Under the pieces are notes generated by a model. The model was not told where the DNA came from and ran no database searches. It was given only the letters and a program-made list of their open reading frames with translations. From Myxococcales bacterium (GTDB lineage: Bacteria > Desulfobacterota > Binatia > HRBIN30): 64,000 bases of DNA. Positions 18,909-29,505 of this stretch are shown in pieces (the first letter of the stretch is position 1; every line of letters begins with the position of its first letter). The position numbers and the translations under genes were made by a program. The DNA is taken from the NCBI GenBank assembly GCA_037445065.1, contig JBBILD010000018.1, forward strand, positions 14,163 to 78,162, given 5' to 3'.

Positions 18909-20069
18909 TTATGGCCGGGTGAGAGCACCAGCAACAGTGAGCACCCCCTCGCTTTGCCCCGGCTCGGGCGGAAGGTCGAATTCGAACACGAAGCGAGCGC
19001 CCTCTGGCGTGGCCTGTGGAAGCAGGAAGGGATCGAAGCGGTGGTCATCCGCCACGTATGCGAGCAGGAAGGGCACCGCGTAACGGAGCGCGTATCCATG
19101 GACCTCGTCGGCAGTGGCCGTTTCGGGCGTGCATTCCAAGCAGAAATCGGAAAACGGGGAGTGCGTGGTACGCTCGAGTTCGACTAGGATCTTGGGAGGA
19201 TGAAGCAAGGAAAAGCCGAGGCGAGCATCCCCTAGCAAAGAATCGAGTACGCCTACCTGAATCATCACAGGCCGCTGCAGCGAAGCGACTTCGTCTCGGA
19301 TCGTTCGCGTGACAGGCGCAAACGCAACGCCAGCACGGAAGCGGCTGTCGCGGGCAAGTACGCGGAAGGTCGTTAACCCACCGAAGGAGTGGCCGCTCAT
19401 ACCGACGCGGGCGGGATCAATACGCTGGTAGAAGAACGACTGCGGATCCTGGTTCAATTCCAGCAGCCGATCGAGGACAAAGATGATGTCGGCCGGTCGG
19501 TTGACGAACGAATCCGCGAGCACCGCGGGAGTGCTGCAGGTGAGAAAGTCCGAAGTCGTATTGCCGGGGTGCGGGGGTGCGGCAACTACAAACCCCCACG
19601 TGGCGAGGCGGCGGACGAGAAAGAGCGATTGGCGCTCGAAGCCGCACGAGCCGTGGGAAAACAAAATGAGCGGCAAGCGCTCCAACCCTTCCGCAAACGG
19701 GGCCAGCGGCTGGCCTCCCGGGTTGACATCGTTCGGGAAGGTGCCGGGTGCAGCCGGGTACCAGATGCTGGTGCGCAGTAAGCGCTGCTCGCTCGGGTTT
19801 GTTTCCGATGGTTTGACGAAGTCGAGGCGTTGAAAGCCGGTACCATAAGGGCCGTCTTCCACCGGGCTCACGGCTCCCATGGCCTTACGGATCAAATCTG
19901 CAGCGCTAGCCCTTCCGTCCGCGTTGACGTCGCCCCCGGCATGGCCAGCCGGGGTGGCAAACACCTGTGTGATGGTAAATTCAACAGTTCCGAAAAGGGA
20001 GCCAGGGAAGGCCAAGCTCAAGAGCGCGCCACCCAGGACCCAGGTTCGAGCCTTACGCGCACACAGCAT
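18909..20069 (-). CDS. Secreted alpha/beta hydrolase (PAF-acetylhydrolase/chlorophyllase-like) with a dockerin-like Ca-binding loop
   Basis: Signal peptide; GDVNADGRASAADL; IWYPA, LFSHG, GHSFGG, catalytic His in THSPFSD. Confidence 0.85.
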   Translation of the reverse strand: MLCARKARTWVLGGALLSLAFPGSLFGTVEFTITQVFATPAGHAGGDVNADGRASAADLIRKAMGAVSPVEDGPYGTGFQRLDFVKPSETNPSEQRLLRTSIWYPAAPGTFPNDVNPGGQPLAPFAEGLERLPLILFSHGSCGFERQSLFLVRRLATWGFVVAAPPHPGNTTSDFLTCSTPAVLADSFVNRPADIIFVLDRLLELNQDPQSFFYQRIDPARVGMSGHSFGGLTTFRVLARDSRFRAGVAFAPVTRTIRDEVASLQRPVMIQVGVLDSLLGDARLGFSLLHPPKILVELERTTHSPFSDFCLECTPETATADEVHGYALRYAVPFLLAYVADDHRFDPFLLPQATPEGARFVFEFDLPPEPGQSEGVLTVAGALTRP

Positions 20070-20256
20070 TTCTATTCTACTCCTTTCCGGGCTTCTCCCG
20101 CTGCCTCCGCTTATCGCAAGTCGCGCCGGAGGTCACGCGCGGGGGTAGAAATCTACCTGCGCCCAACAGGCAGACGCGTTTCACGCGCGCCGTTTCGGGA
20201 CCAAAGGCTGCGTCGTGGTTGAATCACCGAGACTGCAACTGTATTCCGGTGCGGCA

Positions 20257-21585
20257 ATGAGCCGCCCGGTTACCATGGAAAAAATCGTCAATCTCGCCAA
20301 GCGGCGCGGTTTCGCCTTCCAGTCGAGTGAGATCTACGGCGGCCTGGCAAGCTGTTGGGACTACGGGCCCATCGGAGTGGAACTCAAGCGCAACGTCAAG
20401 GACGCTTGGTGGCGGGACATGGTGCTCAAGCGCGACGACATCGTGGGGATTGATTGTTCGATCCTCATGCACCCGCGCGTCTGGGAAGCCTCGGGGCACG
20501 TGCAGGGCTTCACGGATCCGCTTGTGGACTGCAAGCTCTGCAAAGAGCGCTTCCGCGCTGACAAGCTGATGGACGCGCGCTGCCCGCTCAAGCCCTCGAA
20601 ACACCCTGGTGAGTGCGAAGGCGAGCTCACCGAGGCGCGGCAGTTCAACCTCATGTTCAAGACCTTTATGGGTCCGGTGGAAGATACTGCCAGCACGGTC
20701 TTCTTGCGCCCAGAAACCGCACAAGGAATCTTCGTGAACTTTCTCAACGTGCTGCATACGGCACGAGCGAAAATCCCGTTTGGGATTGCGCAAATTGGCA
20801 AGTCGTTCCGCAACGAAATCACCCCCGGTAACTTTCTTTTTCGCACGCGCGAATTCGAACAAATGGAGATGGAGTTCTTCGTACCGCCGGGCGAGGACGA
20901 GCACTGGTACGAGTACTGGCGGGAGGAGCGCTTGAACTGGTACGTGCGGTACGGCATCCGGCAGGAAAACCTGCGCCTGCGTGAACATGAAGCGGACGAG
21001 TTGGCGCATTACGCTAAAGCGTGCGTGGACGTCGAGTACCACTTCCCCTTCGGCTGGTCGGAACTGGAAGGCATCGCCAACCGCACCGACTTCGACTTGC
21101 GCCGGCACAGCGAGTACAGCGGCAGGGATTTGACCTATTTCGACGAGGAGACCAAGCAGCGCTACTTCCCCTATGTAATCGAGCCAGCCGCGGGGGCGGA
21201 TCGTGCCACACTGGCGTTTCTAGTGGACGCGTACGACGAGGATGTGGCGGACGGTGAGCCGCGCGTGGTGCTCCGCTTCCACCCGCGGATCGCTCCGGTC
21301 AAGGCGGCCGTGTTTCCCCTCCTGCGCAAGGACGGGCAGCCGGAGAAAGCGCGGGAGATCGTGGACTTGCTCCGGCCCCACTTCCCGGTGCAGTACGACC
21401 AATCGGGCTCGATCGGCAGGCGCTACCGCCGGCAAGATGAAATCGGTACGCCGTTCGGCATCACGGTAGATCACCAGACCTTGAAGGACCAAACCGTTAC
21501 GCTGCGCGACCGGGACACGATGCAGCAGGAGCGGATTCCGATCGAGCGGCTCGTGGAAGAGTTGAAGAGGCGGATCGAACAATGA
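20257..21585 (+). CDS. glyQS: Glycine--tRNA ligase, alpha2 homodimeric type
   Basis: [65 protein letters not shown]. Confidence 0.96.
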   Translation: MSRPVTMEKIVNLAKRRGFAFQSSEIYGGLASCWDYGPIGVELKRNVKDAWWRDMVLKRDDIVGIDCSILMHPRVWEASGHVQGFTDPLVDCKLCKERFRADKLMDARCPLKPSKHPGECEGELTEARQFNLMFKTFMGPVEDTASTVFLRPETAQGIFVNFLNVLHTARAKIPFGIAQIGKSFRNEITPGNFLFRTREFEQMEMEFFVPPGEDEHWYEYWREERLNWYVRYGIRQENLRLREHEADELAHYAKACVDVEYHFPFGWSELEGIANRTDFDLRRHSEYSGRDLTYFDEETKQRYFPYVIEPAAGADRATLAFLVDAYDEDVADGEPRVVLRFHPRIAPVKAAVFPLLRKDGQPEKAREIVDLLRPHFPVQYDQSGSIGRRYRRQDEIGTPFGITVDHQTLKDQTVTLRDRDTMQQERIPIERLVEELKRRIEQ

Positions 21586-24494
21586 GGAAACGAGGAAAAG
21601 GGTCGCGGCAAGCATCGAGCAAGCGGCAAACTCGCCAGGAAGCTCGGGAGGTGCGTCACCAGCGCGCAAAACGCGCCAAGCCCGCCACAGCAAAGCGGCA
21701 ACGGGGCACGATTGCACGGCGCCGGCGCGTATTGGCAAAGCGACCGCAGTCGGCCCAGAGACACCGCTTTGTGTACTTTTTCGGGGGTGGCAGCGCTGAA
21801 GGCAGCGCTGAGATGAAAGATTTGTTGGGCGGCAAGGGCGCAAATCTAGCCGAGATGGCCAACCTCGGACTCCCAGTTCCGCCGGGATTCACCGTTACCA
21901 CCGAGGTGTGCACGTACTACTACACGCACGGGCGAACCTATCCCCCAGGCCTTCGAGAAGAAGTCGAGAAAGCGTTGGCGCGTGTAGAGAAGCTCGTCGG
22001 GCGGCGCTTTGGAGACGCGGAAAACCCGCTCTTAGTGTCCGTGCGGTCCGGCGCGCGAGCTTCGATGCCGGGCATGATGGACACAGTGCTGAACCTGGGG
22101 CTCAACGACGACACCGTGCAAGGACTGATCCGCATGACCGGCAACGAACGCTTTGCGTGGGATGCCTACCGGCGGTTCGTCGCCATGTACGGCGATGTCG
22201 TGCTCGGCCTCAAGCCGCAGTCGAAGACCGAGATCGATCCGTTCGAAGCCATTTTGCAACGCAAGAAAGACCAACACGGCGTGCGGCTGGACACGGAACT
22301 CACCGCCAGCGATTTGCGGGAGCTGGTGTACGAGTTCAAACAAGCGATCCGCGAGCGTTTGGGAATCGATTTTCCCGAGGATCCGCAGCAGCAATTGTGG
22401 GGAGCCATCGGTGCGGTGTTCGGCTCGTGGAACAACGAGCGAGCTGTCGTGTACCGAAAGCTCAACAACATCCCGGATGACTGGGGCACTGCAGTCAATG
22501 TGCAATCCATGGTGTTTGGGAACCTGGGGGACGACTCAGGCACGGGCGTCGCATTCACGCGCGATCCGGCGACTGGAGAGAACGTCTTTTACGGCGAGTA
22601 CTTGATGAATGCCCAAGGCGAGGATGTGGTCGCTGGCATCCGTACGCCTTTGCCCATCCGCTCGCTCGAACAGGAGCAACCACACATTTACGCGCAGTTG
22701 GCCAAGATTCGGCGTGTGCTGGAGCGGCATTACCGCGACATGATGGACATCGAGTTTACGATCGAGCGCGGCAAGCTCTACATGCTGCAGTGCCGCGTCG
22801 GCAAACGCACTGGTGTGGCGGCACTGCGCATTGCGGTGGACATGGTCCGCGAGCGACTCATCTCCTCGCGCGAGGCGGTGTTGCGGGTGGAACCAGATCA
22901 GTTGAACCAGCTTTTGCGTCCCACCTTTGTCGCCGAGGCGAAGCAACGTGCCATCGCGGAAAACCGGCTGCTGGCCCGCGGCCTCAATGCCGGTCCGGGC
23001 GCCGCCAGCGGCCGCATTTGTTTTCATGCGGACGACGCAGAGCAAGCGAAGGCCCGCGGAGAAAAAGTCATCCTGGTACGGATCGAGACCTCACCCGAAG
23101 ACATCCGCGGCATGGCAGCCGCCGAGGGCATTCTCACCGCCCGCGGCGGGATGACCTCCCACGCGGCCCTGGTCGGACGGCAGATGGGCAAAGTGTGCGT
23201 GGTGGGCTGCGAGGCACTGGAGATTGACTACCAAGCCGGCGAGATGCGCGTCCGGGATACCCCGCATGTCCTGCGTGAGGGCGACGCGATCGCCATTGAC
23301 GGCACCACGGGCGAGGTGTTTCGCGGCGAGATCGCTACCGAGCCCAGTGAGATCGTGCGCGTGTTGATCGAGCGGACCCTGCCCCCCGAGCAAGCACCGC
23401 TGTACCAAAGCTTTGCCAAGCTGATGCAATGGGCGGATCGGGAACGGCGGCTCGGTGTGTGGGCCAACGCCGATCTAGCCGAGCAATGCGAGCAGGCCTT
23501 GGCGTTTGGTGCGGAGGGAATCGGGCTGTGCCGCACCGAGCACATGTTTTTCGGCGAAGGGAAAATCGGGCCGATGCGGCAGATGATCCTGGCCGACACG
23601 GCAGAGGAACGCCGTGCGGCTCTGGCAAAGCTTCTCCCCCTGCAACGCGCGGACTTCGAAGCCATCTTTCGGGTCATGCACGGCCGTCCCGTGACCATTC
23701 GCACCCTGGATCCACCGTTGCATGAGTTTTTGCCGCACGACGAGGCCGGGCAGGAAGAGCTGGCACGCGAACTCGGGTTACCGGTGGCGGCGGTGCGGGC
23801 ACGGGTCGAGGCACTGCACGAGTTCAACCCGATGCTGGGCTTTCGCGGCTGCCGGCTCGGAATCGCTTATCCGGAGATCACCGAGATGCAGGCCCGCGCG
23901 ATTTTCGAGGCGGCCGCCAATGTGCAAGCGGATGGCACGCCCGTACAGGTTGAAGTAATGATTCCCTTGGTGGGCCACCGCCGGGAGCTGGAACTACAAG
24001 CCGGCGTGGTGCGACGGGTTGCGGAGGAGGTCATGGAAGAGCGGCAAGTGCGCCTGCGTTATCGGATCGGGACCATGATCGAGGTGCCACGCGGGGCGGT
24101 CACGGCCGACGAGATCGCACAGGTGGCGGCGTTTTTCTCCTTTGGCACCAATGACCTCACCCAGACCACACTGGGAATGTCGCGAGACGACGCGGGCCGA
24201 TTCTTGGCGCGCTACGTGGCGGAGTTCGAGATTTATCCCCGAGATCCGTTCGAGTCCTTGGACATTGGCGGTGTCGGCACCCTGATGCGGATTGCGGTCG
24301 AGAAAGGGCGCAGCGCGAATCCGGGTCTAAAAATTGGCATTTGCGGCGAGCATGGGGGCGATCCGGCATCCGTGCGGTTTTGCCACGATCTCGGGCTGGA
24401 TTACGTCTCTTGCTCCCCGTTCCGAGTACCGATTGCTCGCCTAGCCGCTGCGCATGCAGCGTTGCGCAGCGGCACTGTGGCAAGCGAAGCCTGA
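21582..24494 (+). CDS. ppdK: Pyruvate, phosphate dikinase
   Basis: [34 protein letters not shown] (phospho-His), [23 protein letters not shown] overlap with glyQS. Confidence 0.97.
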   Translation: MRKRGKGSRQASSKRQTRQEAREVRHQRAKRAKPATAKRQRGTIARRRRVLAKRPQSAQRHRFVYFFGGGSAEGSAEMKDLLGGKGANLAEMANLGLPVPPGFTVTTEVCTYYYTHGRTYPPGLREEVEKALARVEKLVGRRFGDAENPLLVSVRSGARASMPGMMDTVLNLGLNDDTVQGLIRMTGNERFAWDAYRRFVAMYGDVVLGLKPQSKTEIDPFEAILQRKKDQHGVRLDTELTASDLRELVYEFKQAIRERLGIDFPEDPQQQLWGAIGAVFGSWNNERAVVYRKLNNIPDDWGTAVNVQSMVFGNLGDDSGTGVAFTRDPATGENVFYGEYLMNAQGEDVVAGIRTPLPIRSLEQEQPHIYAQLAKIRRVLERHYRDMMDIEFTIERGKLYMLQCRVGKRTGVAALRIAVDMVRERLISSREAVLRVEPDQLNQLLRPTFVAEAKQRAIAENRLLARGLNAGPGAASGRICFHADDAEQAKARGEKVILVRIETSPEDIRGMAAAEGILTARGGMTSHAALVGRQMGKVCVVGCEALEIDYQAGEMRVRDTPHVLREGDAIAIDGTTGEVFRGEIATEPSEIVRVLIERTLPPEQAPLYQSFAKLMQWADRERRLGVWANADLAEQCEQALAFGAEGIGLCRTEHMFFGEGKIGPMRQMILADTAEERRAALAKLLPLQRADFEAIFRVMHGRPVTIRTLDPPLHEFLPHDEAGQEELARELGLPVAAVRARVEALHEFNPMLGFRGCRLGIAYPEITEMQARAIFEAAANVQADGTPVQVEVMIPLVGHRRELELQAGVVRRVAEEVMEERQVRLRYRIGTMIEVPRGAVTADEIAQVAAFFSFGTNDLTQTTLGMSRDDAGRFLARYVAEFEIYPRDPFESLDIGGVGTLMRIAVEKGRSANPGLKIGICGEHGGDPASVRFCHDLGLDYVSCSPFRVPIARLAAAHAALRSGTVASEA

Positions 24495-24577
24495 CGTCGG
24501 AGCAGGAAACGGGTGTGGCTCCCTCGTGGACATCGCGCCAAGCGGCCACCCGGGCGCAAAACTTACTTGTGCATTGG

Positions 24578-25468
24578 GTGAGCGGGGGTACAAGGGTCGT
24601 AGGGATTTTCGGCGATCCGGTCGAACACTCTCTCTCGCCCGTGATGCACAACGCTGCCTTTGCGGCCTTGGGCCTGAACTGGGTGTACGTCCCCTTCCAC
24701 GTGCGCCCTGACCAGCTCCGCTACGCCGCCCGGGCCATCCGTGCGCTTGCGCTGGCTGGGGTGAATATCACGGTGCCGCACAAAGAGGCGATCGTCCGTT
24801 TCCTCGACAGCTGCTCGCCCTGTGCGGAGCGGGCAGGAGCGGTGAACACCGTCGTTCTGAAAGGAAATAAGCTGCATGGAGACAACACAGACGTGGCCGG
24901 GCTCCTCGGGGCCATCCGCGACGCCCGGGTGCGCTTGCGCGGACGGCGTGCGGTGCTGGTCGGTGCAGGGGGAGCGGCGCGCGCAGCGCTGGTGGCCTTC
25001 GAGCAAGCCGGCGTTCGCGAAGTGGTGCTGGTTAACCGCACGCGCTCTCGTGCCCTTGCGCTGGCGCGGCGTTTTCGCTCCGGGCCGTGCCAGCTCACGG
25101 TCGAGAGCCCCACGGCCCTGCAGTCTCCGCAGGTGCTACGCGAAGCCGCGGTGGTTGTGAACAGCACTTCGCTCGGACTCAAGGGCGAGGCGTTTTTCCC
25201 CATGCGCCCCGAACTCGCACCGGAAGGCTGCTTGTTCCTCGACCTCGTCTACGGCCGCGAGACGGATTTTCAGCGCCAGGCTCGCCGCGCCGGGCGCATG
25301 GCAAGCGACGGGCTATCCATGTTACTCCACCAAGGAGCACGAGCCTTCGAGCTGTGGACCCATCGGCACGCACCGCTTGCGGCGATGCGGGAAGCACTGC
25401 TTCGCGGCACCGCGCAGTGCCCAGACCAAGCCGACGTGCCAAGTGCGGCTGCGCCTTTCCCCCGCTGA
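24578..25468 (+). CDS. aroE: Shikimate dehydrogenase
   Basis: GDPVEHSLSPVMHN, NITVPHK, GAVNT, NTD, GAGGAAR, DGLSMLLHQG. Start at GTG 24578 is estimated. Confidence 0.93.
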   Translation: MSGGTRVVGIFGDPVEHSLSPVMHNAAFAALGLNWVYVPFHVRPDQLRYAARAIRALALAGVNITVPHKEAIVRFLDSCSPCAERAGAVNTVVLKGNKLHGDNTDVAGLLGAIRDARVRLRGRRAVLVGAGGAARAALVAFEQAGVREVVLVNRTRSRALALARRFRSGPCQLTVESPTALQSPQVLREAAVVVNSTSLGLKGEAFFPMRPELAPEGCLFLDLVYGRETDFQRQARRAGRMASDGLSMLLHQGARAFELWTHRHAPLAAMREALLRGTAQCPDQADVPSAAAPFPR

Positions 25469-25906
25469 CGGCTCAAGCCATCGCAACAAAGAAGTGACAA
25501 CGACCACCTCTTACAGGCGCAGCCGCTGACCGACCTCCCTTTGCGCAGGGTCACTCATCCTTCGCCAGCACCAGCTCTCCGTGGGGAGACAGCAGGCGCA
25601 TACGCGACTGGGTCGGGGGCCGTTTGCTCCCGTCCTTCGCCCTTCCCACCCACCCGCTCGAGCTGCCGCTACCAACAAACTCGCCATGCGAAGAAGCCTC
25701 CCGAATCACCCGCCGGCTGACGCCAGCCCAAGCCAGGCCTCTGGCATCGGGCCACGGAAAACCCAGTGTGCACGATGGCGTGCCCCTCCGAGCGGCCCTG
25801 TGCCCGCCACCTTATCTTAATCTTAAGATCTTTAGGCTAGGTAACGAGACCGGCCTGCGGAGCCGGATTCACGGGAACAGAGCAAAGGCAGGCTTCTACC
25901 CCTTGC

Positions 25907-25931
25907 AATTGGTTGGACCACCGGATAACCA
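25907..25931. promoter_or_regulatory. FadR-subfamily operator (TGGT-N3-ACCA) upstream of the GntR gene
   Basis: AATTGGTTGGACCA at 25907-25920 resembles PdhR/FadR boxes; a degenerate second copy CCGGATAACCA follows. Confidence 0.55.
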
Positions 25932-25943
25932 GGGGAACCACTG

Positions 25944-26729
25944 ATGCTTGCCCAGGCCAAAGAAGTCCGGCTATTTCGGCCCGCAATCCGGCGCCGGCTC
26001 CACGAAGAAGTGGCGGAGCAAATCCGCGACGCAATCCTGGACGGGCACTTCCGTCCCGGCGACAAGCTCCCTCCCGAACGGGAACTTGCCGCGCACTTTG
26101 GGGTGAATCGTACCTCGGTGCGCGAGGCGATCAAGGTGCTCGAGGGGCTCGGACTGGTCAGCGCCCGTCAGGGTGACGGGGTGATTGTGCAACCCGTTAT
26201 CAACGCCTCGTTCGAGCTGCTGGCGCCCATGATCTTTCATCGCGGACGCGTGGACGTTGGTTTGCTCGGTGAGCTGCAAGACGTTGTCGCGGTCCTCTTG
26301 TACGGGATTGCACGCGCAGCCGTGGCACGGATCGAGCCACAGCACGTCGACGAAATTCGCAAGTTTCGGGAGCGCATCGCCGATGTGAACTTGGCTCGCG
26401 AGGAGCGCTTCGCCGCCGGACGCGATCTTCTCGTGTTTGTCGCCGACCTCACCGGCAACCGTGTCTGGCAGATGGTGGCGCGGCGTTTCCGGGAGTTCTT
26501 CGCCTCGCCGCTCCTGCAAGCAGCGCGCGAACAACTGAATCGCGATCCGGCCATCTTGATCCCGATGATTGATGGCTGCCTCGAAGCGCTCGAAGCAAAG
26601 CGGCCTGAAGAAGCTGTGCGCCGCCTGCGCAACGCGTTCCAGTTTTTAGGGGAGCACGGGACAACTGCGGAGGAAACAACCCCTCACGAGAGAACTCAGA
26701 CAGGAGAGGTTGATGGAGAAGACGTTTGA
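25944..26729 (+). CDS. GntR/FadR-family transcriptional regulator
   Basis: wHTH GDKLPPERELAAHFGVNRTSVREAIKVLE..GLV..RQGDG; FCD-like C-terminus. Confidence 0.93.
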   Translation: MLAQAKEVRLFRPAIRRRLHEEVAEQIRDAILDGHFRPGDKLPPERELAAHFGVNRTSVREAIKVLEGLGLVSARQGDGVIVQPVINASFELLAPMIFHRGRVDVGLLGELQDVVAVLLYGIARAAVARIEPQHVDEIRKFRERIADVNLAREERFAAGRDLLVFVADLTGNRVWQMVARRFREFFASPLLQAAREQLNRDPAILIPMIDGCLEALEAKRPEEAVRRLRNAFQFLGEHGTTAEETTPHERTQTGEVDGEDV

Positions 26730-27816
26730 ACTACATACCCCAACCCAAGAGCCGCCTCTGCAGACGGCAATGAAAGTCATCTACCAGTGGAACTACGACC
26801 CCACGGTAGAAGAACTGCGCAACCTGTATCACAAGGCAACCGAGGCTCAGTGGATTGCTGAAAGAGAAATTGACTGGGACCGCCCGATTGACCTCGAGCG
26901 GTTTGCCACCACCCCCATGGGCACCGCCGTGGCCATCGACAAGTGCTCTTACTGGCGCTCACTTCCCCAGGAAACACAGTGGGAACTGCAGCGGCGGCTG
27001 GCCAGCTTCCGGCTGAGCAACTTCTTGCACGGCGAGCAGGGTGCCTTGATGGTAGCGGCCCAACTGGTCAACGCCGTGCCACATACCGACGCCAAGTTTT
27101 ACGCGGCGACGCAGACCATGGACGAAGCCCGGCATGTGGAGGTGTTTGCCAAGTACATCCAGAAACTCGACGAGATTCGACCCATCGCTCCGGCTTTGAA
27201 GAACATTTTGGACAGCACTCTGGAGACCGATGACTGGATGAAAAAGCTCGTAGGGATGCAGATCGTGGTCGAGGGTCTGGCTCTCTACAGCTTCCGCGAA
27301 ATGCGCAATCTCACTGAGGAGCCGTTGCTCAAAGACCTGCTGACTTATGTAGCCCGCGATGAATCGCGGCATCACGCGTACGGAGTGCAATACATCTCTC
27401 GTTGTGTTCCTTGTCTCAACCAGGCACAGCGGGAAGAACTGGAGGACTTTGCGCTGGAGGCCGCACGCACCCTCATCGACCGCCGCAACCAGCAAACGTT
27501 TTTCAGCTCGCTGCTTGCGATCTGGTCAGAGGTGGGCATTGACATCGCGGCTTTGTTGGAAAGTGTGCAGAAGGAGCGGGACGAAATCACCAGCCACGTC
27601 GAGCCGGGCAAGCGCCTCGGTCCGGTACAAGGGTTCGTGATTCCGACTTTGCGCAGGTGCGGCTTGCTGAGCGAGCGCGTCGCGAAGCACTTCCACGGGT
27701 TTTTGCGCGAAAACTTCAGTTCCCGCATCGTGGGCGAGGACATCGAAGAGTTTCTGCGCCTAATCCCCGACTTGCCCGAGGACACCGCCGCCTGGGTGTT
27801 AGGCCAGATCCATTGA
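26713..27816 (+). CDS. Ferritin-like diiron-carboxylate protein (AurF/oxygenase-like)
   Basis: Diiron ligand pattern FLHGEQGAL, DEARH, VEGLAL, DESRH; GGAGAGG RBS; overlaps the GntR 3' end. Confidence 0.85.
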   Translation: MEKTFELHTPTQEPPLQTAMKVIYQWNYDPTVEELRNLYHKATEAQWIAEREIDWDRPIDLERFATTPMGTAVAIDKCSYWRSLPQETQWELQRRLASFRLSNFLHGEQGALMVAAQLVNAVPHTDAKFYAATQTMDEARHVEVFAKYIQKLDEIRPIAPALKNILDSTLETDDWMKKLVGMQIVVEGLALYSFREMRNLTEEPLLKDLLTYVARDESRHHAYGVQYISRCVPCLNQAQREELEDFALEAARTLIDRRNQQTFFSSLLAIWSEVGIDIAALLESVQKERDEITSHVEPGKRLGPVQGFVIPTLRRCGLLSERVAKHFHGFLRENFSSRIVGEDIEEFLRLIPDLPEDTAAWVLGQIH

Positions 27817-27817
27817 G

Positions 27818-27881
27818 ACGCGCGCTGCGCGCGTGAGGCGGGCCTGGTGACTCCCTGACTTCGGAAGCCAACAGGCCCGCC
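27818..27881. terminator. Hairpins between convergent genes (possible bidirectional terminator)
   Basis: ACGCGCG/CGCGCGT stem at 27818-27834 and 10-bp stem GGCGGGCCTG (27837-46) / CAGGCCCGCC (27872-81); no U-tract. Confidence 0.35.
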
Positions 27882-27894
27882 CCGAGCCAGGCCT

Positions 27895-28671
27895 TCACTG
27901 GGCGCGTGCGAACACCAGAAAGTACTGGTAGGGCAAGAACGTTGGCTCCTCCATCAAGCGGAAACCGGCGGCGGTCACCTCTTCCAGCACCACCTCGCGC
28001 GCCAGCTTGTGGTCCGGTGGAGGGCCCACGGGAAGTTCTCCGGCGTGGTAGTCGACGATGACCAGCCGGCCGTTCTCCTTCAAGCCGTCGCGCAAGCGTG
28101 CCAGGTAGCGAGGGCGATCTGGGAAGTGGTGGTAGGTGTTCACGATCAGCACGACATCGAACCGCCCCGGGGGTAAGCGAGGATCGTCAGGCGGCGCGAG
28201 CACCGGCACCACGTTGCGCAACTGCTCCTCCTTGAGGTGGTGGTTCAGACGGTCCAACTGACGCGGCTCCACGTCAACGGCGAACACCAATCCATTTGGA
28301 ACGGCCCGAGCCAGGCGCCGGGCGAAATAACCCGGGCCGCAGCCGACGTCCGCCACCCAGGCGTCTGCTTCCAGACCTAACGCCGCAACCACCTCGGTTG
28401 GTTTCTGCCACGAGTCGCGCTCAGGCGATTCCAAGTGCGCGATATACGCCTCGACGTCTCGAGGACCATGCGGGTCGCGGTTTGGGGTGCCGTCGTGAGC
28501 GTGTCTGTGCGGCAGGCTCTCTGCGGCCCGGTGGCAAGGCGCGCAGCCTGCGCCGTACGCCACCAGCGTTAGGAACAACGCTCCAGCGAGAGGCCAACGT
28601 CGCCGCCGGCCTCGCGCCGGGACGATCCTCAGCCCTCGCCTACCCGGCGCCTGTTGGGTCACGGTCGTCAC
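27895..28671 (-). CDS. Class I SAM-dependent methyltransferase with N-terminal export/lipoprotein-like signal
   Basis: ERDSWQKP, VADVGCGPGYF, AVDVE, NTYHH, LKENGRLVIVDY; GTG 28671 overlaps the upstream TGA. Confidence 0.85.
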   Translation of the reverse strand: MTTVTQQAPGRRGLRIVPARGRRRRWPLAGALFLTLVAYGAGCAPCHRAAESLPHRHAHDGTPNRDPHGPRDVEAYIAHLESPERDSWQKPTEVVAALGLEADAWVADVGCGPGYFARRLARAVPNGLVFAVDVEPRQLDRLNHHLKEEQLRNVVPVLAPPDDPRLPPGRFDVVLIVNTYHHFPDRPRYLARLRDGLKENGRLVIVDYHAGELPVGPPPDHKLAREVVLEEVTAAGFRLMEEPTFLPYQYFLVFARAQ

Positions 28672-29393
28672 GGCGCTGCGGCGTCGTCGCGCGCCGATCG
28701 GATCGCTCCGGTGTACCGATCGAGCAGCGCTCTGGCCTCGTTGCACTGCCGCAGCTTTCCATCACGCTCGGCGATCGCAATGGCTCGTTCCAGCAGTTCT
28801 ACACTGCGCTGCCTCTTGCCCTGCTCGAAGTAAAGCTGTGCGAGCTCCACGCGAGCCCCGACCGCATGTTCCGGTTCCACCTCGATGGCCCGTCGCAAGT
28901 AATACTCAGCTTTGCTGGCGTCCCCCCCCAGCAACCGCGGGAGTTGACGGTACAAGCCGCCTTTGGCGGCTAGCGCATCGGGATGGTTCGGGTTGAGTTC
29001 CAGAGCTCGATTCAGGTCCCGGTTGATGCGGAGCAAGTTGAGCGGATTCGGCGACGCTCCATCCAAGAGCAGCAAGCGACCCTTGTTGGCAAAGCGGGCA
29101 AAGTGCGCGTCTGCATTTGCTTCGTCGAGCGCCAGCGCTTGTTCGGCGAGCTGCAAACCCTCTTCGTAGGCTTGCCGTTTGGCGGTGGGATCGGACAAGT
29201 CCTCTGCCTTTTTCAACAGCTCGATCGAACGCGCAGCCAATCGCGCGGCCTGTTCTTTCCCCCCCAAGTCACTCCCAGAGCTGGTTGCCGCGTACAGGGG
29301 CTCCCCCCGTACTGGCAGCGACCCACCAGCGAGCACAAGACAACACACGGTCACGCAACCGACCCAGAATCCGAAACCTCGCCGAAACCGCAT
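28668..29393 (-). CDS. Exported tetratricopeptide-repeat protein
   Basis: Signal peptide MRFRRGF..; TPR units ALALDEANADAHF, ALELNPNHPDAL, AIEVEPEH. Confidence 0.8.
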   Translation of the reverse strand: MRFRRGFGFWVGCVTVCCLVLAGGSLPVRGEPLYAATSSGSDLGGKEQAARLAARSIELLKKAEDLSDPTAKRQAYEEGLQLAEQALALDEANADAHFARFANKGRLLLLDGASPNPLNLLRINRDLNRALELNPNHPDALAAKGGLYRQLPRLLGGDASKAEYYLRRAIEVEPEHAVGARVELAQLYFEQGKRQRSVELLERAIAIAERDGKLRQCNEARALLDRYTGAIRSARDDAAAP

Positions 29394-29505
29394 GGCTGGA
29401 ACCCGAGCCTCTCTAGCATCCGTGCAGGGAGCGGGAAAAGAGAAGCCATTCGTGTAAACACACGCTGCCACCGGCCGGCCCGCGGCCGACCCGGGGCGCC
29501 CACCA

